A DNA stretch of 64,000 bases, taken from Flavobacterium sp. GTDB taxonomy: Bacteria > Bacteroidota > Bacteroidia > Flavobacteriales > Flavobacteriaceae. Made by a program: the position numbers and the translations under genes. The stretch is taken from assembly GCA_041916875.1 (NCBI GenBank), contig JAYRYS010000002.1, forward strand, positions 73,865 to 137,864. The letters run 5' to 3'. Positions 1 through 9,392 of this stretch are shown one piece after another (the stretch's first letter is position 1; each line of letters opens with the position of its first letter). The notes beneath the pieces were generated by a model that was given only the letters and a program-made list of their open reading frames with translations, was not told the origin of the DNA and did no database searches.

Positions 1-99
1 TCGTACCTGTTCTCTGCATCGCAGGTAAGGAACCCACTGGAGAACACGCTTCGTTTCTCACTTTCATTTAACTTTGGCGACAATTACGACGAATATTAG
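1..99 (+). CDS. porV: 3' end of type IX secretion outer-membrane protein PorV (partial)
   Basis: Frame 1 reads SYLFSASQVRNPLENTLRFSLSFNFGDNYDEY*. NPLENTLRFSL is the typical PorV C-terminus, and porV-cdd-pdhA is the usual Flavobacterium order. Confidence 0.8.
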   Translation, partial: SYLFSASQVRNPLENTLRFSLSFNFGDNYDEY

Positions 100-102
100 T
101 AG

Positions 103-585
103 ATGGAAAACATCAGTATAACCACATCATTCACGGTATATGATTCGGCCAATGACCTTCCGGAACCGGTAAGGCTGCTGATGCAAAAAGCTGTTGAAGC
201 CCGCAAAAAGGCGTATGCCCCTTATTCCCGCTTTAGGGTAGGAGCAGCGCTACAGTTGGATAACGGAGAAGTAGTGCAGGGAGCCAATCAGGAAAACGCG
301 GCATACCCATCAGGACTTTGTGCCGAAAGGGTGGCAGTATTCCACGCCGGAGCCGTATATCCGGAAGCGAAGATTTTGCAGCTGGCTATATCTGCCGCAT
401 CAGATGATAAGCTGGTTGATGCACCCATACCGCCTTGCGGCGCATGCAGGCAATCCATAGCCGAATATGAGTTTAAGCAGGATACACCCATTGAAATTTA
501 CTTTATGGGCGAAACCGGCAAGGTGTTGAAATCGGATTCGCTGAGCAACCTGCTTCCGCTGGTGTTTGACAAGAATTTTTTATAA
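103..585 (+). CDS. cdd: cytidine deaminase
   Basis: AYAPYSRFRVGAAL, NQENAAYPSGLCAER and PPCGACRQ zinc motifs. Confidence 0.95.
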   Translation: MENISITTSFTVYDSANDLPEPVRLLMQKAVEARKKAYAPYSRFRVGAALQLDNGEVVQGANQENAAYPSGLCAERVAVFHAGAVYPEAKILQLAISAASDDKLVDAPIPPCGACRQSIAEYEFKQDTPIEIYFMGETGKVLKSDSLSNLLPLVFDKNFL

Positions 586-594
586 TAACGATAT

Positions 595-627
595 AGAAGG
601 GATTTTTCACAAATCCCTTTCTTTTTT
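595..627 (+). terminator. intrinsic terminator after cdd
   Basis: GAAGGGATTT-ttcac-AAATCCCTTTC followed by a T tract. Confidence 0.7.
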
Positions 628-674
628 ATAGTAAATACTTTACCTATTTTTTTTCCGAATTAAAGGGGATTAGT

Positions 675-682
675 TATTTTTG
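675..682 (+). promoter_or_regulatory. Bacteroidota -7 promoter box for pdhA
   Basis: TATTTTTG matches TAnnTTTG. Confidence 0.55.
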
Positions 683-767
683 CAATTCGCAAATTTGGTG
701 TGAGGAAACTATTTGCGTTTTTAAACATTTATTTTTTTACAATCTCATCAGCAAACAACATTAGGCA

Positions 768-1769
768 ATGAAAGAAATTACAAAGGAAGTGTATCTGAAA
801 TGGTATGAGGACATGCAGTTTTGGAGAAAGTTTGAAGACAAGCTTGCTGCATTATACATTCAGCAGAAAGTTAGAGGTTTCCTTCACTTATACAACGGCC
901 AGGAGGCAGTATTGGCCGGTGCACTGCACGCCATGAACCTGGGCAAAGACAAAATGATAACAGCTTACCGTAACCACGTGCAGCCAATAGGCATGGGCGT
1001 AGATCCTAAAAGGGTTATGGCTGAGCTTTTGGGCAAGGCTACCGGTACCAGTAAAGGTTTGGGCGGCTCCATGCACATATTCTCAAAAGAGCACGGCTTT
1101 TACGGAGGCCACGGTATTGTAGGCGCGCAGATACCTGTAGGTGCAGGTATGGCCTTTGCCGATAAATATTTTGAAACCGGCGGTGTTACCCTTACCTATT
1201 TTGGTGACGGTGCCGCACGCCAGGGCTCACTACACGAAGCATTCAACATGGCTATGCTGTGGAAGCTTCCTGTAGTATTCATTTGCGAAAACAACGGTTA
1301 CGCCATGGGTACATCTGTAGAAAGGACAGCCAACCATACAGATGTGTGGAAGCTTGGCCTTGGCTACGAAATGCCTTGCGGGCCTGTGGATGGAATGAAC
1401 CCGGTAAAAGTTGCTGAAGCCATGCACGAAGCTATGGAAAGGGCAAGAAGGGGTGATGGCCCAACTTTCCTTGAAATGAAAACGTACCGCTACCGTGGCC
1501 ACTCTATGAGTGACGCGCAGCACTACCGTACAAAAGACGAGGTGGAAGAGTACAGGAAGATTGACCCAATCACTCAGGTGCTGGACATCATAAAGGATAA
1601 AGGTTATGCTACCGATGCTGAAATTGAAGCGATGGACCAAAGAGTGAAAGACCTGGTGGACGAATGCGAGAAATTTGCTGAAGAATCTCCATATCCGGAC
1701 CTTAGTGTGATGTACGACGTTGTATACGAACAAGAGAATTATCCTTTTTTACCACATAAACTACAATAA
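768..1769 (+). CDS. pdhA: pyruvate dehydrogenase E1 alpha subunit
   Basis: GFLHLYNGQEA, TPP-binding GDGA...ENNGY, TYRYRGHSMSD. Confidence 0.97.
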   Translation: MKEITKEVYLKWYEDMQFWRKFEDKLAALYIQQKVRGFLHLYNGQEAVLAGALHAMNLGKDKMITAYRNHVQPIGMGVDPKRVMAELLGKATGTSKGLGGSMHIFSKEHGFYGGHGIVGAQIPVGAGMAFADKYFETGGVTLTYFGDGAARQGSLHEAFNMAMLWKLPVVFICENNGYAMGTSVERTANHTDVWKLGLGYEMPCGPVDGMNPVKVAEAMHEAMERARRGDGPTFLEMKTYRYRGHSMSDAQHYRTKDEVEEYRKIDPITQVLDIIKDKGYATDAEIEAMDQRVKDLVDECEKFAEESPYPDLSVMYDVVYEQENYPFLPHKLQ

Positions 1770-1772
1770 ACC

Positions 1773-3458
1773 ATGGCAAAAATCATAACCATGCCGCGCC
1801 TTAGCGATACCATGACCGAAGGTACTGTAGCTACGTGGCTGAAAAAAGTGGGTGATACCATAAAAGAAGGCGATATACTTGCCGAAATTGAAACAGACAA
1901 AGCAACAATGGAGTTTGAGGCATTTGATGCCGGAACCCTGCTTTACATAGGTGTACAGGAAGGCGATACTGCCCCTGTGGACAGCGTTCTTGCTATTATA
2001 GGTAAAGAAGGCGAAGATTATAAAGCCCTGCTGGAAGGCAAAGGTGGCGCTGAAGCTTCATCTGATAAAAAAGAAGAAGCTAAAGAAGAGCCTAAAAAGG
2101 AGGATGCCCCGGCTGAAGCCAAAGAAGAGAAATCTAACGGCTCGTCAGTAGGTGGAAAGCAGGAATTGCCTAAGGATGTAAAAGTGGTGACTATGCCGCG
2201 CCTTAGCGATACCATGACGGAAGGTACTGTAGCTACATGGCTTAAAAAAGTAGGCGATAAAGTTTCGGAAGGCGATATACTTGCCGAAATTGAAACCGAC
2301 AAAGCTACTATGGAGTTTGAATCATTCAACTCAGGTACGCTGCTTTACATTGGCATTAAGGAAGGCGAGTCAGCCCCGGTTGACAGCGTCCTTGCTATCA
2401 TAGGCCCTGAAGGAACCGATGTATCGGGTGTTGCTGAAAACTTCGGCAAAGGCGGTGCACAACCGGCTGCTGAAAGCAAATCGGAAGATAAGCCTGCTGA
2501 AGCTAAAGAAGACAAGAAAGAAGAAGCGCCTAAAGCGGATGAAACTGCCCCTGCCAATGATGGCGGAAGGGTGTTTGCATCGCCGCTGGCACGCAAGCTT
2601 GCTAAAGATAAAGGCGTAAACCTGAACCAGGTAAAAGGATCGGGTGAGAATGGCCGTATAGTGCGCAAGGATATTGAAAACTATACTCCGGCTGCCGCTG
2701 CTCCTGCACAACAGGCTGCTGCGCCATCGGCTACGGCTGCTGCCCCTGCCGCACCGGCATACACTCCAGTAGGCGAAGTGGCTACCGAAGAAGTGAAAAA
2801 CAACCAGATGCGCAAAACTATTGCGCGCCGCCTGGCTGAATCTAAATATACTGCGCCGGAATACAGCCTTACCATTGAGCTTGACATGGATAATGCCATT
2901 GCCAGCCGTAATGTGATTAACGCGGTGCCTGATACCAAAATATCATTCAACGATATGGTTATCAAGGCCAGTGCTATGGCATTGCGCAAGCACCCGCAGG
3001 TTAACACGCAGTGGAAAGATGATGTTACTGTTTACAACAAGCACATCAGCGTTGGTGTTGCCGTAGCTGTTGAAGACGGCCTTGTGGTACCGGTACTTAA
3101 ATTTACCGATAACATGAGCATGTCGCAAATTGGCGCTGCCGTAAAAGACCTTGCCGGTAAAGCACGCAGTAAAAAACTTACACCTGCCGAGATGGACGGA
3201 AGCACATTTACAGTATCTAACTTAGGTATGTTCGGTATCCAGGAGTTTACTTCTATCATCAACCAGCCTAACTCGGCTATCCTTTCAGTGGGTGCTATCA
3301 TCCAGAAACCGGTGGTTAAGAACAGTCAGATTGTGGTTGGCAATACCATGACGGTAACGCTTACCTGCGACCACAGGACGGTTGACGGCGCTACAGGGGC
3401 ACAGTTCCTGCAAACGCTGAAGCAATACATTGAAAACCCTGTAACCATGCTTGCATAA
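1773..3458 (+). CDS. pdhC: pyruvate dehydrogenase E2, dihydrolipoamide acetyltransferase (two lipoyl domains)
   Basis: Two ETDKATME lipoyl domains, ASPLARKLA E3-binding domain, catalytic DHRTVDG. Confidence 0.95.
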   Translation: MAKIITMPRLSDTMTEGTVATWLKKVGDTIKEGDILAEIETDKATMEFEAFDAGTLLYIGVQEGDTAPVDSVLAIIGKEGEDYKALLEGKGGAEASSDKKEEAKEEPKKEDAPAEAKEEKSNGSSVGGKQELPKDVKVVTMPRLSDTMTEGTVATWLKKVGDKVSEGDILAEIETDKATMEFESFNSGTLLYIGIKEGESAPVDSVLAIIGPEGTDVSGVAENFGKGGAQPAAESKSEDKPAEAKEDKKEEAPKADETAPANDGGRVFASPLARKLAKDKGVNLNQVKGSGENGRIVRKDIENYTPAAAAPAQQAAAPSATAAAPAAPAYTPVGEVATEEVKNNQMRKTIARRLAESKYTAPEYSLTIELDMDNAIASRNVINAVPDTKISFNDMVIKASAMALRKHPQVNTQWKDDVTVYNKHISVGVAVAVEDGLVVPVLKFTDNMSMSQIGAAVKDLAGKARSKKLTPAEMDGSTFTVSNLGMFGIQEFTSIINQPNSAILSVGAIIQKPVVKNSQIVVGNTMTVTLTCDHRTVDGATGAQFLQTLKQYIENPVTMLA

Positions 3459-3476
3459 GCTCTTACAGCCTCAAAT

Positions 3477-3510
3477 AAAAATGCCCCCGCAATCTGCGGG
3501 GGCATTTTGT
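3477..3510. terminator. bidirectional intrinsic terminator
   Basis: AAAATGCCCCCGC-aatct-GCGGGGGCATTTT between convergent genes. Confidence 0.85.
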
Positions 3511-3523
3511 TTATATAATCTTC

Positions 3524-4969
3524 TTATAAAATTAATGTCTGTATAGAGTGGGGCAGGCTTTCCACTTCGGCGGCCTGGCCTTTAATCCAAAGGCTGTAGT
3601 TTACTTTTTGGTCGGTTTTGTTCATTACTATTACAGCCACTTTTCCATCGGTATTGATGAATGCGGTAGCGCTTAATGCACTGCGGCTTGGCGTACAGGC
3701 TATGCGCTTAGCGCCCGGGCGCACAAATTTAGAGATGTGCCCTATGTAGTAATACTCGTTGGTAAACATCAGTTCGCCGGTTTTGGTGTTAGCATGCACC
3801 GGTGCAAAACAAAGGTTCTTTACATGGTTGGGCCCGCCGGTTTCGTCAAGCAGTATGTTCCAGTCGGTCCAGCCAGTGATACCGTTATTGAAATCGTTAA
3901 TCATGTTGGTGCCATACAATTCGCCCAGGCTCCAGTCATTTATGCGGTTAATGTCGAATTTCTCCTTACATCCTTCGGTAAATATTAGGTTGGTTTTAGG
4001 GTAGGCCTGGTTTACCAGCTTCACATTGTCAAACATCTGCTGGCCGCCACTCCAGTTCTCGTACCAATGAAAGCCAATGCCCCAAAGGTATTTAGCAGCC
4101 TGTGGATCATTAAGGATTGTTGAGGCGCGCTGGTACAACAAGTCGCGGTTATGGTCCCACGCTATGATTTTCTTGCTTCCCAGTCCTTCTTTCTGCATGG
4201 TTGGGCCAAGATAGTTCTTCAGGAAATCGCGTTCTTCTTCGCCTGTAAAAATGCATGATTCCCACACCTGCGTAGCCATAGGCTCGTTCTGTATCGAAAT
4301 ACCCCATACCGGGATGCCTTCCTTTTCGTATGCCTTTATAAATTTAGGATAATAATTGGCCCAGGCCTGGTAAAATTCAGGTTTCAGCTTTCCGCCTTTC
4401 AGCATGGTGTTATTATCCTTCATAAATGCAGGAGGGCTCCATGGTGAGGCATATAGTGTAAGCTTGCCACCAGCAGTAGTAATAGCGCGCTTTATCATCG
4501 GGATGCGGTACTGCCTGTCGTGCTCAATGCTGAAGGTCTTCAAATCCTTGTCGCCTTCCTCAACGTAGGTGTAGCTCCCGCTGGAAAAATCGCAGCTGTG
4601 TATATTGGTACGCGCCAATGTATAGCCAATACCTTTATCAGCGCTATAGTAGGCATCAATCAGTTGCTGCTGCTTGTCTTTGGGTAGTTTGGCAAAGGTT
4701 TCTGCAGATGCATCAGTTATAGCTCCGCCTATACCCATAACCGACTGAAATGTTTTGTCCGGGTCGACAAAAACTACTACCTGGCCTTCATTGGGTTGTT
4801 CCATTCGTGAAAAACCGGGTGTTGCATTAGCTTTACTAAGCCTCAAATCTGTCTTTTCGGCGGTATTGTAAATAGTTACTTTTTTATCGGTGGCGTTATA
4901 GCCTTTTTTATTTTGGGCAAATAATACCGTGCCCGAAAGCAAAAGCAATAACAGGGAAGTTTTTTTCAT
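3524..4969 (-). CDS. glycoside hydrolase family 30 (glucosylceramidase-like), secreted
   Basis: Signal peptide; GIGGAITDA, IHSCDFS, ASPWSPP, QNEP acid/base, FTEGC nucleophile, WTDWN. Confidence 0.9.
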   Translation of the reverse strand: MKKTSLLLLLLSGTVLFAQNKKGYNATDKKVTIYNTAEKTDLRLSKANATPGFSRMEQPNEGQVVVFVDPDKTFQSVMGIGGAITDASAETFAKLPKDKQQQLIDAYYSADKGIGYTLARTNIHSCDFSSGSYTYVEEGDKDLKTFSIEHDRQYRIPMIKRAITTAGGKLTLYASPWSPPAFMKDNNTMLKGGKLKPEFYQAWANYYPKFIKAYEKEGIPVWGISIQNEPMATQVWESCIFTGEEERDFLKNYLGPTMQKEGLGSKKIIAWDHNRDLLYQRASTILNDPQAAKYLWGIGFHWYENWSGGQQMFDNVKLVNQAYPKTNLIFTEGCKEKFDINRINDWSLGELYGTNMINDFNNGITGWTDWNILLDETGGPNHVKNLCFAPVHANTKTGELMFTNEYYYIGHISKFVRPGAKRIACTPSRSALSATAFINTDGKVAVIVMNKTDQKVNYSLWIKGQAAEVESLPHSIQTLIL

Positions 4970-4997
4970 GGCTTACAGTTTTAGCTATTGAAAGATA

Positions 4998-5660
4998 TTA
5001 AAAAGATGTAAGTTTTTTCAGGTCGGCAATTGTAGCTGTTGGATCCTGCGCACTAAATACGAAGTTGCCGGCTACCAATACATCGGCTCCGGCTTCCACC
5101 ATTTGTTTTGCATTTTTGTCTGACACGCCGCCATCAATCTCGATAAGCGTAGAAGCGCCATTGCGGTTGATGATCTCTTTCAGCTTACGGATTTTATCAT
5201 ACGTCCTTTCAATGAAAGACTGCCCGCCGAACCCCGGGTTAACACTCATCATGCATACCAGGTCGGTATCATTAATAACATCTTCCAGCAGGCTCACGTT
5301 AGTATGTGGGTTAATGGCAATGCCGGCTTTCATGCCTTCGGCTTTTATGGCCTGTAGTGTGCGGTGCAGGTGGGTGCAGGCTTCATAATGTACAGTAAGG
5401 TTATTGGCACCAAGCTGCGCGAAGGTTTTGATGTACTGGTCTGGGTTCACAATCATCAGGTGTACATCAATTGTTTTTTTAGCATGGCGGCTTATAGCCT
5501 GCAATACGGGCATACCAAAAGAAATGTTGGGTACAAATACGCCATCCATTATGTCAACGTGAAACCAGTCGGCATCACTGTTGTTAATCATTTCGATATC
5601 GCGCTGAAGGTTGGCAAAATCTGCCGAAAGCACTGAAGGTGCTATTAAGGTATTTTTCAT
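4998..5660 (-). CDS. rpe: ribulose-phosphate 3-epimerase
   Basis: IAPSVLSADF, HVDIMDGVFVPN, MSVNPGFGGQ, DGGV. Start corrected to MKNTL (5660); -7 box TATCTTTG at 5683-5690. Confidence 0.97.
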   Translation of the reverse strand: MKNTLIAPSVLSADFANLQRDIEMINNSDADWFHVDIMDGVFVPNISFGMPVLQAISRHAKKTIDVHLMIVNPDQYIKTFAQLGANNLTVHYEACTHLHRTLQAIKAEGMKAGIAINPHTNVSLLEDVINDTDLVCMMSVNPGFGGQSFIERTYDKIRKLKEIINRNGASTLIEIDGGVSDKNAKQMVEAGADVLVAGNFVFSAQDPTATIADLKKLTSF

Positions 5661-5859
5661 TGTGTTGTTGTGTTTTGTGAAGCAAAGATAAGGCTTAAAT
5701 ATGAAACACAATTTCTTGTAAAGTAACCCTAAACAGCAAAAAAATAATTTCTTACAAATTTTTTTGCTATACATCACAATTTTGGAACAATTGTTGCGTT
5801 TTAATAATAACATTTTCCGCCAAACAAATATAATCGGGTTTATTTATAGCGGGAAATAA

Positions 5860-5891
5860 AATAAAAAACTCCGGTAATCAGCCGGAGTTTC
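5860..5891 (-). terminator. intrinsic terminator downstream of rpoD
   Basis: Minus strand AAACTCCGG-ctgatta-CCGGAGTTT followed by a T tract. Confidence 0.8.
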
Positions 5892-6033
5892 AATCATCAA
5901 TCAAAAAACGAACAGTTATTGAACTGTTAGTGCGTTATATATTTTTATTCGGTGTATGTCCTATTAACACCGCCAAAATACAACATATATTTATATTATA
6001 AAACTTTGGTGTTAATTTTTCGCACTTTTTTAA

Positions 6034-6897
6034 TTATCCTAAGTAAGTCTTAAGAATTTTGCTGCGCGAGGTGTGTTTTAACCTCCTGATTGCTTTTTCT
6101 TTAATCTGGCGTACACGCTCACGGGTAAGGTCAAAAGTTTCGCCTATTTCCTCAAGCGTCATTGGGTGCTGGTCACCAAGCCCAAAATAAAGGCGTACTA
6201 CATCGGCTTCACGAGGCGTAAGGGTTTCAAGTGCCCTTTCAATCTCGGTACGAAGCGATTCATGTATAAGCTCACGGTCAGGGTTTGGAGATTCGCCTGA
6301 GCGTAATACATCATAAAGGTTAGAGTCTTCACCTTCAACAAGTGGTGCATCCATCGAAAGGTGGCGGCCGCTGTTCTTCATGCTTTCCTTAACGTCGTTC
6401 ACGGTCATGTCCAGCTCTTTTGCAATTTCTTCTGCAGAAGGGGCACGCTCGTTAGACTGCTCAAGAAGCGCATACATCTTGTTAATCTTGTTGATAGAGC
6501 CAATCTTGTTCAGCGGAAGGCGCACAATGCGCGACTGCTCTGCCAATGCTTGGAGTATCGACTGGCGAATCCACCATACGGCATAGGATATGAATTTGAA
6601 ACCACGGGTTTCGTCAAAACGCTGTGCCGCTTTGATAAGGCCCAGGTTGCCCTCATTGATAAGATCGGGAAGGGTAAGGCCTTGGTTTTGGTATTGTTTA
6701 GCCACCGATACTACGAAACGAAGGTTGGCTTTTGTAAGTTTTTCTAATGCCCTCTGGTCACCTGCTTTAATGCGCTGCGCCAGTTCTACCTCCTCATCCG
6801 CTGTAATCAAATCTACTTTTCCTATCTCCTGAAGGTACTTGTCCAATGAAGCAGTTTCCCTATTGGTTACCTGCTTGGTAATTTTTAATTGTCTCAT
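6034..6897 (-). CDS. rpoD: primary RNA polymerase sigma factor (Bacteroidota RpoD/SigA type lacking region 1.1)
   Basis: [14 protein letters not shown] start, [48 protein letters not shown]. Confidence 0.93.
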   Translation of the reverse strand: MRQLKITKQVTNRETASLDKYLQEIGKVDLITADEEVELAQRIKAGDQRALEKLTKANLRFVVSVAKQYQNQGLTLPDLINEGNLGLIKAAQRFDETRGFKFISYAVWWIRQSILQALAEQSRIVRLPLNKIGSINKINKMYALLEQSNERAPSAEEIAKELDMTVNDVKESMKNSGRHLSMDAPLVEGEDSNLYDVLRSGESPNPDRELIHESLRTEIERALETLTPREADVVRLYFGLGDQHPMTLEEIGETFDLTRERVRQIKEKAIRRLKHTSRSKILKTYLG

Positions 6898-7098
6898 TTA
6901 AGAATATACTGAGTTTATTAAGTATTCTATCATTATACGCACAGAGAACGCAAAAAGTTACAAAACGCTATATACAAACTTAAATTTTAACATGCGTAAA
7001 TTGATTGAAACGTGTAATTATCATGTAATCAATGTGTTATTTTGATAGGCTGTTTTGTTTTTAACACCGGTAAATTATTTAATTTTCAGATGGATAAT

Positions 7099-7131
7099 AA
7101 AAAAAGCCCTGTGATGCGAAAACAGGGCTTT
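7099..7131 (-). terminator. terminator of ECF sigma operon
   Basis: Minus strand AAAGCCCTG...CAGGGCTTTTTT. Confidence 0.75.
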
Positions 7132-7158
7132 AGGTAACTCAACTAAAAAAACTGCACT

Positions 7159-8727
7159 CTACTTTTTCTTTTTCGATAGGTTAAAATTATACTGAAGGCC
7201 GGCCTGTATGGTAAATACAAACGGCTTTACATAATCAGGGGAGTCAAAATAATAACGCGCCATAGGCTCTACATTGGCCTGTATTGAAGGTGTAAATTTA
7301 TAAACCAGGCCTGCGCCCAAGCCTGCGCCAAACTTCATTTTATCGTCAACCGCTTCGCCAATATATGCCCTGCCCAGGTTGTTTTCGGCAAACATCTCAT
7401 TTTTGGTAACAAAGCGTGCTGTTACACCGCCTATTACCCCAAGCCTGAACTTGGTTCCGTAGAACGTATAGGTGGCTTCAACCGGTACATCAACAAACTG
7501 TAATTTGTGGCTGATATTGAAATTAGCATACGGCTGGCTGTTGACATCTAAGCCTTGCGTGAGCCTTTGCACTATGCTGGTGTTGCTCATGTTGGCGGCA
7601 TATTTTATGCCTGTATAGTCCGCAGGGGAACCGCTAAGGTACAGTCCATCTGTCTGTAACTCTAATTTTGTGCTGACGAATCCTGCCCTAATGCTCCACT
7701 TAGGGGTGATATTGTAGCCTAGGTACAAGCCGTAACCGAAAGCTTTTTCTACAGAGACATCACTGCCGGATACCGATGGGTCAATGTAATCGGCATCGCC
7801 GGCGCTGTACAATCCCGGTGCTACAAAACCGTACACAAACATTCTCTTGTTATCATCTGACGGCTTTTCCTGTTTCTTCTTTTTCTTCACTTCAACCAAA
7901 ACAGTTTCTTCTTCTTCGGGCTGTAAAGTATCAGCTTGCTTTTTGGTATTTTCCGTTTTTGCTTTTGCGGCAGCTGCCTTTTCTTTGCCTGCCGGTTTGT
8001 TTTCTGCAACAGCCTGTGTCTCTTCTGTGGTGATAGTATCAATAGCGGTTTCAGCATTAGCTGAAGCATCATTGGTAATGTCTACTTCGTTATTTTTAGT
8101 GGTATTGGCAGCTATGGAATTATTACCTCTTGTGTTATTCGACCTGCCGGATTTTTTTCCGGAAGAAGCAAGCCTGCCTTTTTTTACTGATGCACTATTG
8201 GTTTTGGATTTTCTCTTTTTGCTATACTTATTTGTTGTATTGCCTGAATTATCCCGGTTATTATCATTCGCGTTAGTAACCGTGTAACCTTTATTACCGG
8301 TTTTGCTGATGGCTTTTCTGTTTAAGGCATTTGTATTGCTTCCAGTTGTATATGTGCCCGCGTTAACTTCATCATTTTGTGAAGCAGTGCTTTCAGTCGC
8401 TACACTATTGCCGGTGCCAGTTGTGCGTGTTTGCCTTCCGGAAGCCCTTTGGCCTGATGCATTGGCATTTTCGGCATTCCCTGTTTCTATGTTGTTTACC
8501 TTAGGGGCATTGCCTGTGCCGTAATTTTCCCATAGCGGGTAGCCGAAAAGCCCCAGTACTAATAGTGCGGTTGGCACCGAAATGAACCACCAGAATATAA
8601 TGGCCCTACGCTTTTTCTTTTTAGGCAGGTCGTCCTTTATGGCTTGCCACACGTGGTCGCCGGGAGCCTTTTGCAGGCCATCCAGCTTTTCGCGGAACGC
8701 TTTCCCTATGTCTTTCCTATTTTCCAT
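7159..8727 (-). CDS. putative dual-membrane-spanning anti-sigma factor (cytoplasmic head, TM helix, disordered linker, C-terminal outer-membrane beta-barrel)
   Basis: Overlaps the ECF sigma stop; ~35-aa head, KKKKRR, hydrophobic helix, ~220-aa N/T/S/K-rich linker, alternating beta-strands ending AGLQYNF. Confidence 0.7.
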   Translation of the reverse strand: MENRKDIGKAFREKLDGLQKAPGDHVWQAIKDDLPKKKKRRAIIFWWFISVPTALLVLGLFGYPLWENYGTGNAPKVNNIETGNAENANASGQRASGRQTRTTGTGNSVATESTASQNDEVNAGTYTTGSNTNALNRKAISKTGNKGYTVTNANDNNRDNSGNTTNKYSKKRKSKTNSASVKKGRLASSGKKSGRSNNTRGNNSIAANTTKNNEVDITNDASANAETAIDTITTEETQAVAENKPAGKEKAAAAKAKTENTKKQADTLQPEEEETVLVEVKKKKKQEKPSDDNKRMFVYGFVAPGLYSAGDADYIDPSVSGSDVSVEKAFGYGLYLGYNITPKWSIRAGFVSTKLELQTDGLYLSGSPADYTGIKYAANMSNTSIVQRLTQGLDVNSQPYANFNISHKLQFVDVPVEATYTFYGTKFRLGVIGGVTARFVTKNEMFAENNLGRAYIGEAVDDKMKFGAGLGAGLVYKFTPSIQANVEPMARYYFDSPDYVKPFVFTIQAGLQYNFNLSKKKK

Positions 8728-9268
8728 TGCTCAAATTATAATCAGGATAAGATTGCCTGGCTTTTATTTTATCTTTTAATATCGCTTTTGCCCTTGAGAG
8801 GTTTGACTTTGACGTACTTTCGGTAATCGACAGCATTTCAGCAATTTCCCTGTGCGAGTAGTCGTCCAGTTCATAAAGGCTAAACACAAGCCGGTACTGG
8901 TCCGGCAACTGCTGCACCAGAGATAGTATGAAATCTATCGGCACATCCATTTCGCTATCAGTCACATCGGTGCTCCAGGGTATGTCATCTTTAACCGGCA
9001 CCAGCTGTATTGATTTTTTGTAGGTATCAATCGCTTTATTTATGGTAATGCGCTTCATCCAGCCTTCAAAAGAACCTTTGCCTTTATAGCTTTTTATACC
9101 GGTAAAAATTTCAATAAATGCATTGTGCAGGTTATCTTCTGCTTCCGCCTCGTTACGGCAATACTTGAGGCATAGCACAAAAAGCGCATCTTTATAGAGC
9201 ATATACAGCTCCTCCTGCGCTTTAGGGCTTTGCCTCATGCAGCCTTTTATGAGTTTTTCCGGATTCAA
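8717..9268 (-). CDS. ECF RNA polymerase sigma factor
   Basis: AEDNLHNAF, SFEGWMKRITINKAID (region 2); YSHREIAEMLSITESTSKSNLSRAK (region 4); TTG start. Confidence 0.92.
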   Translation of the reverse strand: MNPEKLIKGCMRQSPKAQEELYMLYKDALFVLCLKYCRNEAEAEDNLHNAFIEIFTGIKSYKGKGSFEGWMKRITINKAIDTYKKSIQLVPVKDDIPWSTDVTDSEMDVPIDFILSLVQQLPDQYRLVFSLYELDDYSHREIAEMLSITESTSKSNLSRAKAILKDKIKARQSYPDYNLSNGK

Positions 9269-9355
9269 AAGGTAAGGTTTAGTTTAGTTTGTTTTTAGCC
9301 CACGGCTAAGGTATGCTGTAAATCGTCCTGCTCAATATTCGTTTGTTTTCTCTAT

Positions 9356-9381
9356 AGTCTGTAAAAATGAAAAAAGGTTGC
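9356..9381 (-). promoter_or_regulatory. candidate autoregulatory ECF promoter
   Basis: Minus strand GCAACC-N15-AGACT resembles ECF -35/-10 elements, ~90 nt upstream of the ECF gene. Confidence 0.4.
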
Positions 9382-9392
9382 GTGAAAGAAAA

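Noticed and set aside
1791-2400. Near-identical ~200-bp direct repeat inside pdhC
   Set aside because: It encodes the two tandem lipoyl domains, which is normal for E2 subunits.
768-3458. pdhA-pdhC operon lacking pdhB
   Set aside because: pdhB is commonly encoded elsewhere in Flavobacteriia, so this is not evidence of loss.
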